64,000 nucleotides of DNA from Candidatus Nealsonbacteria bacterium (lineage in GTDB: Bacteria; Patescibacteriota; Minisyncoccia; Minisyncoccales; RBG-13-36-15). Location: the NCBI GenBank assembly GCA_011050465.1, contig DRFQ01000009.1:334-64333 (forward strand), read 5' to 3'. The notes under the pieces are model-generated. The model was given only the letters and a program-made list of their open reading frames with translations, ran no database searches and was not told the origin of the DNA. Shown here piece by piece: positions 27,665-38,298 of the stretch (its first letter is position 1; each line of letters opens with the position of its first letter). The translations under genes and the position numbers were made by a program.

Positions 27665-29269
27665 TTAATGTATTTCTTCTTTTTTCTCTTTTAGGAAATA
27701 CCTCCATTGCTCTAAGAATTCGATGAAAAACTGGAACGGAAGCTCAATCAAAATGTTAAATACAATCATCAGAACGCTAACCCTTTCCCACTGCGAAGAC
27801 AGCCATTTTCCGACTTGGACAAGGGGAAGAGTTAAGAAATCAAGAGCCGAAGTTATTATTGTCTCTTTTTCCTCCTCAACCTGAAGCTCTTTGGCTCTGT
27901 GCCTGATTCTCGTTCCGGCAAAAAGAATTAACGACAAGAAAACAATAAATATTATAATTGACAGAATTCCAAAGTCTAATTTTTGGAGTCCCCAAATAAT
28001 AATGCCAAAAGAAACAAAAAAACTCAGCAGATAAAAAACAAGCAGAATTCCTTTCATAATGAGACCCCTTTTCGGGGATGGTCTTATTGGATAGATGTCT
28101 TTCTTTTTACCCTCATAAGCAATCTTCATAACCTCCCATATTACTTTTTGGAGATTTTCTTTAGAGGGCGGCCGGACGGTTAAAATCATTAAAAACATAA
28201 GCAGGGGAGGAATTAGAATATTTAAGCCCAAAGCAGAATAATTGAATTGGTGGGTTATGTATCTCTCAAAAGGAATCTCAATGAGCAGGACTATAAGCAT
28301 TTTTGTAGCAAAAATAGAAATAATACTATAGAGGGCGGCTCGAAAAAGCTTTTCTTTTAATCTCAAAGACCGTTTACCGTATGCCTCTTTCACTGAATCC
28401 TCTAAAGTTTCCGGCTGAGATATCTTCTCTCTGGCAGTTATTGGATTTTTAGTTAGAATATCACCCAGAATTAAATAAAGCGTATCATATTTTTCGCAGA
28501 CTTGATAGAATTTTTCACCTAAAGAGCTTTTTAGATCTTTTTCAATTCTCCTCCAGATTGAATAAATATCTTTGGCTATTTCTTCCAATTGTTCCTGAGG
28601 AAGATTCTGCCACAGGGGATAATAAAATTCCAAGAGATGATAGCTGATAATAGGAGAGTCTAATTTAAAAAGGGCTCTCTGGGCAGCAATATAAATTTGC
28701 TTTTGCTTTTCTTTCTCAGATATTCCTTTAATTACAAAAATTCCTTCTTTTACTTCTATCTTTTCCTTCATAAGCTCTGTCATATAGTCAATCAAAGCTC
28801 TTTCTCTCTGGGGAGGGTCAAGAACTTCTTCAATTTCACAAGCAGTAATTCCCAAAAGCCAACTAGAAAGCCGGGTTTTTATTTTTTCTTTATCAGGAGA
28901 AGGGCTGTTTCTTATGATAAAGATATACTTTTGAATTAGCTTCTGGACAATCTCAACTTTTTTTTCTTCAATGCTATCATTTAGAAAATGTCCGCCTCTA
29001 ATCAGTTCTAACACTAGAGGTCCGGCAATTTTTTCCCCATCTTCCATTAAAAAAAATCTTCTCTTCAGCACTCTCTCAATGGCCGTTTTCCTTAAAAGAT
29101 GTTCTTCTCTCCATTCAATAACTCCTCTTATTTTTTCGTAGAAAGCTGCTACCTTCGAGGCTATTTCATCAACATGCAAGACAGAAACTCCCTCTTTTTG
29201 TTGCAGAGATTGATGCCAACTTTGGTATTTTTGGATGAGTTCTTGGGTTTGCCGAGAAATTATTGCCAT
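27665..29269 (-). CDS. Hypothetical polytopic membrane protein
   Basis: A soluble N-terminal half with at least four hydrophobic helices in the C-terminal half. No motif recognised. Confidence 0.5.
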   Translation of the reverse strand: MAIISRQTQELIQKYQSWHQSLQQKEGVSVLHVDEIASKVAAFYEKIRGVIEWREEHLLRKTAIERVLKRRFFLMEDGEKIAGPLVLELIRGGHFLNDSIEEKKVEIVQKLIQKYIFIIRNSPSPDKEKIKTRLSSWLLGITACEIEEVLDPPQRERALIDYMTELMKEKIEVKEGIFVIKGISEKEKQKQIYIAAQRALFKLDSPIISYHLLEFYYPLWQNLPQEQLEEIAKDIYSIWRRIEKDLKSSLGEKFYQVCEKYDTLYLILGDILTKNPITAREKISQPETLEDSVKEAYGKRSLRLKEKLFRAALYSIISIFATKMLIVLLIEIPFERYITHQFNYSALGLNILIPPLLMFLMILTVRPPSKENLQKVIWEVMKIAYEGKKKDIYPIRPSPKRGLIMKGILLVFYLLSFFVSFGIIIWGLQKLDFGILSIIIFIVFLSLILFAGTRIRHRAKELQVEEEKETIITSALDFLTLPLVQVGKWLSSQWERVSVLMIVFNILIELPFQFFIEFLEQWRYFLKEKKEEIH

Positions 29270-29318
29270 ATAAACGCGTTAGTATTTAAACATTTTTCAT
29301 CCGGATTTATTAAGACAT

Positions 29319-31076
29319 TCAGATGTTAATATGTTTGAATGTCTTTTTTTTTATTTCTATCTTGACTTTTTCTAAAAATTTATTTAATTCTATCTGTCCG
29401 ATATCGCCTCTATTTCTTTCTCTGACTCTTACTGATTTTGATTTTTTTTCTTTATCACCAACAACCAATAAATAAGGAATTTTTTGAATTTCTCCCTCTC
29501 TTATTTTTTTAGAAACGGTTTCGGCCGTATCCCTGATTTCATATCTTAAATCCAAGGTCTCAAACTTCTTGCCAATTTCTTGTGCATATTTTCGGTGGCG
29601 AGATCCTACTGGAATTACCCAGGCCTGAACAGGGGAGAGCCACAAAGGAAAAGATCCCGCATAATACTCAATTAATATACCTATAAATCTTTCCAGAGCT
29701 CCTAAAATAGCTCTATGAATCATAAATGGCTTTTGTTTTTTACCCTTTTTATTTATATAAGAGATATTGAATTTTTCTGGTAGGTTAAAGTCAAGTTGGA
29801 CTGTTGTACATTGCCAGGGTCTTCCCAGAGAATCTTCTATTTTGATATCAATTTTTGGTCCGTAGAAAACTCCTTCGCCAGGATCTATCTGGTATTTCAA
29901 TTTTGTTTTTTTCAGGGCGTATTTCAAACTGTTGATGGCTTTTTCCCAATTTTTTAACTCTCCAGTATATTTTTTAGGGCGGGTGGAAAGATAAACCTCA
30001 TACTTTTTAAATCCGAATGTTTTTAATATTTTTAGAGTTAGACGTAAAACAGAAATTAATTCAGTTCCCAGTTGCTCTGGTGTGCAAAATATATGAGCAT
30101 CATCTTGGGTAAAGCCTCTAACTCGAACCAGACCGTGCAAAACTCCGGATTTTTCGTATCTGTAAACTGTTCCGAACTCAGAAAATTTAATCGGTAAATC
30201 TTTGTAGCTTCTAATCTTAGATTTATAAATCTTAATGTGAAAAGGACAGTTCATTGGCCTTAAATAATATTTCTCTTTTTCAATCTCAAAAGGGGAATAC
30301 ATGTTTTCTTTGTAAAAATCTAGATGGCCAGAGGTTTTAAATAAGCTTTCTTTTCCAATGTGAGGAGAACTAACCAACTGATAACCTGTTTTCAATAGTT
30401 CTTGATTAATAAAGTCTTCAATGATTTTCCTCAGTATTGTTCCTTTCGGATGCCATAAAGGCAACCCTGCTCCTACTTCAGGATCAAAAGAAAATAAATC
30501 TAATTTTTGGCCTAAAAGTCGATGGTCTCTTTTTTTAGCTTCTTCTTGCTTCCTGTGATAATCATCGAGTTCTTTTTTTGTTTTAAAGGCTACTCCGTAG
30601 ATCCTGGTGAGCATTGTCCTTGTTTCAGATCCACGCCAATACGCTCCGGCAATTTTGGTCAATTTAAAAGCGTCTGGAATCTCTTTCGCCTGCCCCGAAC
30701 GAAGTTGAAGGGTCGATTTAACATGAGGGCCCTTGCAAAGATCTACAAAATCGCCTGATTCATAAACAGACACTCTGTCGTCTTTTATTTCATTTATTAA
30801 CTCTAATTTATAAGACTGATTTTTGAATATCTTTCTTGCTTCAGTTTTTGGAATTAACCTTTTTTTGAAGGTAATATTTTGCTGAAGGAGGCTCCTCATT
30901 TTTTTCTCGATTTTCGGTAGATCGGCGGGGGTTAAACTTTTTGGCAGGTCAAAATCATAATAAAAACCATTCTCAATTATGGGGCCGATACCAAGCTTCA
31001 CTTCCGGATAGAACTGTTGAACAGAATGAGCCATTATATGAGCCAAAGAATGTCTGATTATCTCTATATTTTTCAT
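29319..31076 (-). CDS. thrS: Threonyl-tRNA synthetase (no TGS domain)
   Basis: HSLAHIMA (editing/SAD), RPMNCPFH, FGTVYRYEKSG, GFTQDDAHIF and an anticodon-binding C-terminus. Confidence 0.93.
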   Translation of the reverse strand: MKNIEIIRHSLAHIMAHSVQQFYPEVKLGIGPIIENGFYYDFDLPKSLTPADLPKIEKKMRSLLQQNITFKKRLIPKTEARKIFKNQSYKLELINEIKDDRVSVYESGDFVDLCKGPHVKSTLQLRSGQAKEIPDAFKLTKIAGAYWRGSETRTMLTRIYGVAFKTKKELDDYHRKQEEAKKRDHRLLGQKLDLFSFDPEVGAGLPLWHPKGTILRKIIEDFINQELLKTGYQLVSSPHIGKESLFKTSGHLDFYKENMYSPFEIEKEKYYLRPMNCPFHIKIYKSKIRSYKDLPIKFSEFGTVYRYEKSGVLHGLVRVRGFTQDDAHIFCTPEQLGTELISVLRLTLKILKTFGFKKYEVYLSTRPKKYTGELKNWEKAINSLKYALKKTKLKYQIDPGEGVFYGPKIDIKIEDSLGRPWQCTTVQLDFNLPEKFNISYINKKGKKQKPFMIHRAILGALERFIGILIEYYAGSFPLWLSPVQAWVIPVGSRHRKYAQEIGKKFETLDLRYEIRDTAETVSKKIREGEIQKIPYLLVVGDKEKKSKSVRVRERNRGDIGQIELNKFLEKVKIEIKKKTFKHINI

Positions 31077-31107
31077 ATTCTTATTTTATCACGAATGTAA
31101 AGAAAGT

Positions 31108-31132
31108 AAAAAAAACCGAGAACCGTTCTCGG
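31108..31132 (-). terminator. Intrinsic terminator of dnaE
   Basis: The minus strand reads ccgagaa-cgg-ttctcgg followed by TTTTTTTT. Confidence 0.65.
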
Positions 31133-31179
31133 AATTCATATCGCAATATAACAATTTAACAATGTAGCGATGTAACCAT

Positions 31180-34100
31180 TTAACTGGTTTCTATAATCTC
31201 TTCAATTTCCTCGCAGATTATTTTAGGGGTGCCTCCCCGGTTGTCTATTCTTCCCGAAATCAGAACAATTTTATTTTCCTGGAAAATAGTGGGATTTTTT
31301 TCAATGACTCTAGGAAAAGCAATAACCTCAATTCTATCGTGTTGGTCTTCTAAGTTTATAAAAAGCATCGGCTTCCCCATTTTGGTGATAACCTTTTTAA
31401 TTTTAGAAATGACTCCCCCCGTTTTTATAAATCTTCCAGCTAGACCCTTAGAGACCTTGGAAAGAGGCGAGACGTTTTCAAAGACTTTTTTGAAACCCTC
31501 TAAAGGATGGGAGGTGACGAAAAGACCCAAAAGCTCTTTTTCCCAGGTAAGTTTTTCTGCTTGAGAAAGCGGAGAAGCTTCTGAAAGGACAAAATTAGAG
31601 TTAGAATTAAAACTATGCCCTTCTCCAAACAGGCTTTTTTGTCCTTGATTTTTAGCTCTTCTGATCTCTCGATTATGTTCAAGTAACTTCTCTAAATTAG
31701 AAAGCAATTTATTCCTTTCTTCAAATTGATCAAAAGCTCCGGTTTTAATTAAACTCTCCAGAGATTTTTTATTTAAATCCTTAGAGTCGATTCTGGAGAT
31801 AAAATCTTGGATCGATTTAAAAGTTCCTCCTTTTTCTCTATCCTTGATAATTGCATCGACAACATTATGGCCAACATTTTTGATGGTCAAAAGTCCAAAC
31901 CTTATCTTATTTTCTTTTGGTACGACGCTGAAATTTCTAAAACTTTCATTTATATCAGGGGGAAGAATCTGAATGCCCATTTTCTTACATTCTGTGATTA
32001 AAAAGCCAATTCTCTCAATATCGGATTTTTCAGACGTTAGAAGAGCAGCCATAAACTCAATGGGATAATGGGCCTTAAGATAGGCTGTTTGGTAAGCAAT
32101 AGCAGCGTAAGCTGTGCTATGAGATTTATTAAAACCATAACGAGCGAAAGGTAAAATCCATCTCCAAATTTCTCGAGCAACTTCTTCTCTTATTCCGTTA
32201 TTTTTCATTCCTCTCATCATTTTTTCTTTCTGGGCAACCAATAAAGACTTAATTTTTTTACCAATTGCTTTTCTTAAAATGTCAGCTTCGGCCAAACTGA
32301 AACCTGCTAATTTCTGGACAATCTGCATTAATTGTTCCTGGAAAATACAAATTCCATAAGTAGATTTTAAGATTGGCTTTAAATCAGGATGTAAATATTC
32401 TACTTTTCTCTTTTTGTGTTTCCCCTTGATATAGTCTGGGATAAGTTCTATGGGGCCTGGTCTATATAGAGCTATCATGGCAATTATATCTTCAAATTCA
32501 GTTGGTTTCAGCTCTTTTAAATATCTTTTCATTCCGTCGCTCTCAAGTTGAAAGATGCCCGTGCTGTCTCCATGTTGTAAAAGTTTGTAAGTTTTTCTGT
32601 CATTTTGGGGAATGTTTTCGATATCTATCTTGGTATCTCGTATCACATAAATTCGGGCCAGACAGTCTTCAATAATGGTTAGATTTTTTAACCCCAGAAG
32701 ATCCATCTTCAAAAGACCAAGACTTTCAATAGACCCCATTTCGTATTGGGTAACAACAATTTTTTCGTTCTGGGTCGGGTGTTGTAAAGGCACAATATTT
32801 TCTAAGGGTTCTTTTGAGATTACCACTCCGCAAGCATGGGTTGAAGCGTGCCTGGCCACACCTTCTAATTTTTTGGCAGCATCTATTAGTTTTCTTGCCT
32901 GAGAATCTGTTTCATAGATTTGTTTGAATTCTGCCACTTTTTCCATGGTTTCTTTGAGGGTAAAAGAGAGGGGAATCATCTTGGCGATTCGGTCACAGTA
33001 AATATAAGGATAATTCATTGCTCTTCCTACGTCCCTGATGACGGCTTTCGCCGCCATTGTTCCAAAAGTGATAATTTGGGCAACTTTGTTTCGACCATAT
33101 TTTTGGGCAACATATTCTATTACTTCGTCTCTTCTTCGGTCGGCAAAATCAAGGTCTATGTCGGGAAGAGAGATTCTCTCTGGATTTAAAAATCTTTCAA
33201 ATAAAAGATTATATTTCAGAGGATCGACAGTGGTAATATCTAATAAGTAAGAAACCAGAGAACCGGGAGCTGATCCTCGTCCAGGGCCCACAATAATTCT
33301 GTTTCCTTTTGCCCATTTAACAAAATCCTGAACAATTAAAAAGTAAGAAGCAAAACCCATTTGTTTAATTATTGAAAGTTCATATTCTAAACGTTCAATT
33401 GTTTCTTTGGGCAACTTCTTATAACGTTTTTCTAGTCCTTGATGGCAAAGTTCTTTTAAATATTCATCTGCTGTCTTGTCTGCAGGAAGAGGGAACTGGG
33501 GAAGCTTTGTTTTTCCTAATTCAAATTGGAAGTTGCATAAATCGGCTATCTTCTGAGTATTTTCGATTGCTTCCGGCTTTGATTTGAAGGCAGCTGCCAT
33601 TTCGGTCTGGCTTTTTAAAGAGAAATCATCAGTCTTTAGCGTTAATCTTTCGGGATCATTAGAGTTAGCCCCGGTATTGATTAACATTAAAATATCTTGG
33701 GCTTCGGCATCTTCTGGTTTTAAATAATGGACATCCTGGGTGGCTACCAAAGGAATTTTTGTTTTCTTTGAAAGCGCTATTAAACCTTTATTGACAATTC
33801 CCTGTTCTTTTATTTTAGGGTGGTGTTGAATTTCCAGATAAAAGCTATCTTGGTCAAAAATCTCTTTGAACTTGAAAGCCAACTCTTCAGCTTCTTTTGT
33901 CTTTTTAGCTAAAATTAATCTGGAAATTTTACCCTGAAGACAGCCGGACAGACAAATTAATCCTTTTCCGTATTCTTTCAGTAAATCCATATCGACTCTT
34001 GGTTTATAATAAAAGCCTTCCAGGTGGGCTTTGGTAATAAGCTTTACCAGATTTTTGTAACCTTCAGCATTTTTCACCAAGAGAGTCAAATGATATCTTT

Positions 34101-34356
34101 TATCATCAATATTAGGTCTTTTCTGATCCATTCTTTCATAGGCCAGATAGGCTTCTACCCCCAGGATGGGTTTTAAACCTCGTTCTTTGGCTTTCTGATA
34201 GAATTCAACCGCTCCATATAGAGTTCCATGATCAGTTAAAGCAATCGAGTCCATTCCCAACTCTTTTACCCGATCTAAAAGCTCGTCGATCTTTGGCAGA
34301 CCATCGAGCAGTGAGTAGTGACTATGAACATGGAGGTGGGTAAACCTTTGAGTCAT
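31180..34356 (-). CDS. dnaE: DNA polymerase III alpha subunit
   Basis: PHP domain FTHLHVHSHYSLLDG, PDIDLDF, GLLKMDLLGL and a C-terminal OB fold. Length 1058 aa. Confidence 0.95.
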   Translation of the reverse strand: MTQRFTHLHVHSHYSLLDGLPKIDELLDRVKELGMDSIALTDHGTLYGAVEFYQKAKERGLKPILGVEAYLAYERMDQKRPNIDDKRYHLTLLVKNAEGYKNLVKLITKAHLEGFYYKPRVDMDLLKEYGKGLICLSGCLQGKISRLILAKKTKEAEELAFKFKEIFDQDSFYLEIQHHPKIKEQGIVNKGLIALSKKTKIPLVATQDVHYLKPEDAEAQDILMLINTGANSNDPERLTLKTDDFSLKSQTEMAAAFKSKPEAIENTQKIADLCNFQFELGKTKLPQFPLPADKTADEYLKELCHQGLEKRYKKLPKETIERLEYELSIIKQMGFASYFLIVQDFVKWAKGNRIIVGPGRGSAPGSLVSYLLDITTVDPLKYNLLFERFLNPERISLPDIDLDFADRRRDEVIEYVAQKYGRNKVAQIITFGTMAAKAVIRDVGRAMNYPYIYCDRIAKMIPLSFTLKETMEKVAEFKQIYETDSQARKLIDAAKKLEGVARHASTHACGVVISKEPLENIVPLQHPTQNEKIVVTQYEMGSIESLGLLKMDLLGLKNLTIIEDCLARIYVIRDTKIDIENIPQNDRKTYKLLQHGDSTGIFQLESDGMKRYLKELKPTEFEDIIAMIALYRPGPIELIPDYIKGKHKKRKVEYLHPDLKPILKSTYGICIFQEQLMQIVQKLAGFSLAEADILRKAIGKKIKSLLVAQKEKMMRGMKNNGIREEVAREIWRWILPFARYGFNKSHSTAYAAIAYQTAYLKAHYPIEFMAALLTSEKSDIERIGFLITECKKMGIQILPPDINESFRNFSVVPKENKIRFGLLTIKNVGHNVVDAIIKDREKGGTFKSIQDFISRIDSKDLNKKSLESLIKTGAFDQFEERNKLLSNLEKLLEHNREIRRAKNQGQKSLFGEGHSFNSNSNFVLSEASPLSQAEKLTWEKELLGLFVTSHPLEGFKKVFENVSPLSKVSKGLAGRFIKTGGVISKIKKVITKMGKPMLFINLEDQHDRIEVIAFPRVIEKNPTIFQENKIVLISGRIDNRGGTPKIICEEIEEIIETS

Positions 34357-34506
34357 ATTCTAATGGCTGATTCTAGAGATTATCCTATTATATAAAGTTT
34401 TTGGGCAAAAGAAAAGCCAATCTTTATATTGAACCAGAAATAATCTCTAATTGTTGCAGGGATTTACTTTCCCTAAAAATTTGCTAAAATGAGGCTGAAA
34501 AGAAAA

Positions 34507-35668
34507 ATGCCCAACACATCTTCCAGACTAAACGAACTTCAAGATAAACTCCATCATTTGATGGACTGTCTTTGAATTAGAGAAAAAGAAAGAGAAAATT
34601 AAAGAGCTGGAAAAAGAAAGAGAAAATCCTGATTTTTGGCAAAACCAGAAAAGAGCAGTCAGAATTAATCAAGACATCGCCCTTTTGAAAGAGGAAACAG
34701 AAAGACTCGAGAGTTTCAGAAAGGAACTGGACGATTTGGAAGAATTGAATAAATTAATTAAAGGAGAGGAGGTAAAAGACATTGAGAGCAAGATTGAATC
34801 TCTGGAAACAAAAATTAAAGAAGAAGAATTCAAAACTTTTCTCTCCGGAAAGTATGATAAATCTTCAGCTGTTCTTTCTATTTATGCAGGGGCCGGCGGA
34901 CAGGATTCTCAGGACTGGGCAACGATGCTGTTGAGAATGTATGAGAGATTTTGCTATGGCAGGGGATTTAGAACCAAAATTTTACATCAGTCTTTTGGCG
35001 AAGGCGGAGGGCCGGACGGAAGAATTGGGACGAAATCCGTAACCTTAGAAATTCAAGGGCACTATGCTTTCGGCTTTTTAAAAAAAGAATCAGGAGTTCA
35101 TAGGTTGGTTAGAATTTCGCCTTTTTCTCCCCAGCAACTTCGTCATACCTCTTTTGTTTTAGTTGAAGTTTTGCCGGAAATTGAAAAGGAGACAGAAGAT
35201 GAAATCAAAATCAAACCAGAAGATTTGAGAATTGATTTTTATCGAGCTTCGGGGCCCGGCGGCCAACATGTTAATCGTCGGGAAACAGCTGTCAGAATTA
35301 CCCATTTGCCAACCAACCTTGTGGCCTCTTGCCAGGCAGAAAGATCGCAGGGACAGAACAGAGAGAGAGCAATGAAGATGATTTATTCAAAACTTTATCA
35401 ATTGAAAGAGGCTGAACAGCAAGAAAAAATATCTCAGATAAAAGCCGCCGAACGGCAAGCTTCCCGCCTAAAGCGAGGTTCGCCCGAGGCGACGTCCGGA
35501 GGGCAGGGAAAAGCTATTTCAGCCAGCTGGGGAAATCAAATCAGGTCTTATGTCCTTCATCCATATAAATTAGTTAAAGATTTGAGAACCAATCTTGAAA
35601 CTTCAGACGTAGAAGGAGTATTAGACGGTAATCTGGGCCAATTCATTGAAGCCGGAATTAAAATATAA
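34507..35668 (+). CDS. prfB: Peptide chain release factor 2, with programmed +1 frameshift at 34570-34575 (CTT TGA)
   Basis: Frame 0 reads MPNTSSRLNELQDKLHHLMDCL then TGA. The +1 frame continues ELEKKKEKIKELEKERENPDFWQN..., then GGQHVNRRETAVRITH (GGQ) and WGNQIRSYV. A GC-rich in-frame insert lies at about 35444-35512. Confidence 0.9.
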
Positions 35669-35746
35669 TCTGAATATCACGCATTCCTTGGGTGTACATC
35701 TTATCCGGAGCATTCGGATGAGATTCGTAGATTCGGATCATACTTT

Positions 35747-36427
35747 ATGATTAATTTTCAAAATATTGCCAAAATTTATTCCTCAACCATTGTCGCCTTA
35801 GAAGACGTTTCTTTTAAGATAGAAAAAAAAGAGTTTGTTTCTATTGTTGGAAAATCAGGAGCCGGGAAAACAACCCTGCTTAAATTGCTTCTGGCCCAAG
35901 AGAAACCCTCTCGGGGAAAAGTTTTTTTTGATAATCAAGATGTTCATAAAATTCCTTCTTCAAAGATTCCCCAATATCGCCGGAGAATCGGCTCTATTTT
36001 CCAGGATTATAAGCTTTTCCCAAATAAAACCGCCTATGAAAATGTAGCTTACGTTTTAGAGGTTACCGGAGCTTCTGATTTGGAAATTTCGCAAAATGTT
36101 CCCCAGGTGCTGGAAATAGTCGGCCTGAGCCACAGATATTCTAATTTTCCTCCAGAGCTTTCAGGGGGTGAGCGTCAAAGAGTGGCTATTGCCAGAGCCT
36201 TGATTCATCGGCCGGACGTTATTTTAGCTGACGAGCCAACCGGAAACTTAGACCCATATCATACCCGGGAGATTATTCATCTATTGTCAAGGATTAATGA
36301 AATGGGAACAACAATCATTTTGGCTACCCACAATAAAGAGGTTGTAAACACCTTGTCAAAAAGGGTGATCACTATTGAGAAAGGTACGATACTTAGAGAC
36401 GATAAAATAGGAAGGTTTACTCTTTAA
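35747..36427 (+). CDS. ftsE: Cell-division ABC ATPase FtsE
   Basis: Walker A GKSGAGKTT, signature LSGGERQR and Walker B ILADEPTGNLD. It is followed by ftsX. Confidence 0.9.
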   Translation: MINFQNIAKIYSSTIVALEDVSFKIEKKEFVSIVGKSGAGKTTLLKLLLAQEKPSRGKVFFDNQDVHKIPSSKIPQYRRRIGSIFQDYKLFPNKTAYENVAYVLEVTGASDLEISQNVPQVLEIVGLSHRYSNFPPELSGGERQRVAIARALIHRPDVILADEPTGNLDPYHTREIIHLLSRINEMGTTIILATHNKEVVNTLSKRVITIEKGTILRDDKIGRFTL

Positions 36428-36440
36428 ATTAAAATTCCTT

Positions 36441-37349
36441 ATGTTTACTTCTTTAAAAAGGATTATTAAAGCAGGTTTCCTGAATTTTCGCCGTCAGGGC
36501 GGTTTTACCTTTGCTACGGTTTCTATTATGGTAATGACTATTTCCTTGATTACTTTTCTCTATTTTTTCCAGGGGATTGTTCAATATCTAGTTTTAAATC
36601 TTCAAGAAAAAGTTGACGTTTCAGTTTATTTTAAAAAAGACTCTCTTGAAATAGAGATTTTGGAGGCAAAAGAAGAAATTAGCAGGATTCCAGAAGTAAA
36701 GAGCATCGAATATGTATCACAGGAAGAAGCCTTGGATCGTTTCACCCAGAAACACAAAGACAATTCTCTCTTAATGGAAGCATTGGCTGAAGTAGGAGAT
36801 AATCCTTTATTGGCTTCTTTAAATATTAAAGCTTGGCAGGTAGATCAATATGAAGCTTTAGCTAATTTTTTAGAAGGCGCCCCTTTCCAGGATTTAATTG
36901 AGAAAGTAGATTATCACCAGAATAAAATTGTTATTGGGAAAATTTTTGATATTTCTTCTAATATTAGATTTGCCGGAATTATTTTTAGTTTAATTTTGGG
37001 AATAATTGCGATTGTTGTTGCTTTCAATACCACCAGATTAGCAATTTATAGTTCAGAAGAGGAAATTGCAACAATGAGATTGGTGGGCGCTTCCAACTGG
37101 TTTATCAGGGGGCCATTTCTGGCTCAAGGGATAATGGTAGGAATGATAGCCATTTTTATTACCATTTTGCTTGTTGCTTCAATAAATTTATTTTTGAGTC
37201 CAAAACTCGAAACCATTTTATCAGGATTCAGTCTTTTCGGTTATTTTATTAATAATTTTTGGACCTTATTCTTAATCCAGCTTACTGCTGGCATCGGCCT
37301 TAGTATAATTTCTAGTATGATAGCCATCAGGAAATATCTGAAAGTTTAA
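36441..37349 (+). CDS. ftsX: Cell-division permease-like protein FtsX
   Basis: One N-terminal TM helix, a periplasmic domain and three C-terminal TM helices. MRLVGASNWFIRGPF motif. Confidence 0.85.
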   Translation: MFTSLKRIIKAGFLNFRRQGGFTFATVSIMVMTISLITFLYFFQGIVQYLVLNLQEKVDVSVYFKKDSLEIEILEAKEEISRIPEVKSIEYVSQEEALDRFTQKHKDNSLLMEALAEVGDNPLLASLNIKAWQVDQYEALANFLEGAPFQDLIEKVDYHQNKIVIGKIFDISSNIRFAGIIFSLILGIIAIVVAFNTTRLAIYSSEEEIATMRLVGASNWFIRGPFLAQGIMVGMIAIFITILLVASINLFLSPKLETILSGFSLFGYFINNFWTLFLIQLTAGIGLSIISSMIAIRKYLKV

Positions 37350-37387
37350 ACATTCTGCCTCTTCGGTAGATACGCCGAGGAGGCGTA

Positions 37388-37461
37388 TGCGGGGTCGTCT
37401 AACGGTAGGACGGATGCCTCTGGAGCATTTAATCTAGGTTCGAATCCTAGCCCCGCAGCCA
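37388..37461 (+). tRNA. tRNA-Gln (CUG), CCA encoded
   Basis: U1-A72 acceptor TGCGGGG/CCCCGCA, D arm GTCT-AACGGTA-GGAC, anticodon arm GATGC-CTCTGGA-GCATT, T arm CTAGG-TTCGAAT-CCTAG, then GCCA. Confidence 0.9.
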
Positions 37462-37487
37462 TCATATGCTAAGTCAGGTGACCGAGA
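37456..37487 (+). repeat. Left direct repeat (att-like): cagccatcatatgctaagtcaggtgaccgaga
   Basis: It matches 46194-46225 at 30 of 32 positions and overlaps the tRNA-Gln 3-prime end. Confidence 0.85.
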
Positions 37488-37489
37488 TG

Positions 37490-37511
37490 CCCGGCATTGC
37501 CGGGTGTTTTT
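37490..37511 (+). terminator. Hairpin plus T-run downstream of tRNA-Gln
   Basis: cccggc-att-gccggg followed by TGTTTTT. Confidence 0.5.
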
Positions 37512-37581
37512 AGTTATTGACTTTTTTTGAAAATAGAACAGAATTAAGGATGAATTATTATTTATAAAAAGAAATTTATAT

Positions 37582-38043
37582 ATGAATTTCGAAAGCATTA
37601 TTAAGGGAAGAATTGCCAGTATTATTACTAGCTTAATGTTTCAAGACGCTGATTATTTAGTCGTAAATTACGGACATGAAAGTATCCCTGATCGCCTTGT
37701 ACAATTAGGCGTCTCAAAAGACGGTAAGGCCGCGGAAGTATTACTCACTAGCCCATCTTTTATTGTCATGAATAAAAAGGATCGTTCCGTTAATTTGCTC
37801 CAAATCAGATACCAAGGTGAGGGCGCTAGTGGTAGAAATATTATTTGGAGATATGAAAAAATGCAGAGATATTGGCCTGGTAGTCATTTATTATTAGTTC
37901 GTCCCAGAAAGCCTTACTTTTTTATAATGACCGTAACAAAAAATGGGCCTAAGCCCATTCCATTAATAGATTCTAAAATTTTCAATGTAGATAAGGGAAT
38001 AGTTTTGAAATTTGGGCAATTCGTTAAGAAGTTTCTTTCATAA
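37582..38043 (+). CDS. Hypothetical protein (153 aa), first gene of the element
   Basis: An intact ORF with no confident motif. Confidence 0.4.
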   Translation: MNFESIIKGRIASIITSLMFQDADYLVVNYGHESIPDRLVQLGVSKDGKAAEVLLTSPSFIVMNKKDRSVNLLQIRYQGEGASGRNIIWRYEKMQRYWPGSHLLLVRPRKPYFFIMTVTKNGPKPIPLIDSKIFNVDKGIVLKFGQFVKKFLS

Positions 38044-38066
38044 AAAAGCCCAAGATTAACGCGGTG

Positions 38067-38102
38067 CTTTGACTACACTGCCTACAGGCAGTGTAGTCAA
38101 AG
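38067..38102. repeat. Perfect palindrome, 17-bp arms with a 2-nt centre
   Basis: ctttgactacactgcct-ac-aggcagtgtagtcaaag. Confidence 0.9.
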
Positions 38103-38263
38103 AGGAGACATTTGTCAATACCAAATCCGTAGTCATTATGAATAACATCAATGAAACTGATATCGATAGCAATGATTTTTTGGAAGGAATAAGAGTCATG
38201 CTCAATTATATTTTATCAGAAAATAGGAGAAAGCGCAAGCGCAAAAATAGTTAGAAAGCAAAT

Positions 38264-38291
38264 AAAAACCGCTTTATAATAGGCGGTTTTT
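38264..38291. terminator. Bidirectional hairpin terminator
   Basis: aaaaaccgc-N10-gcggttttt, with A/T runs on both sides. It lies just past the recombinase stop. Confidence 0.55.
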
Positions 38292-38298
38292 ATTTTTA

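Noticed and set aside
38069-38254. 61-aa ORF after the first gene of the element
   Set aside because: It starts inside the perfect 36-bp palindrome, has no SD, and is low-complexity at the C-terminus.
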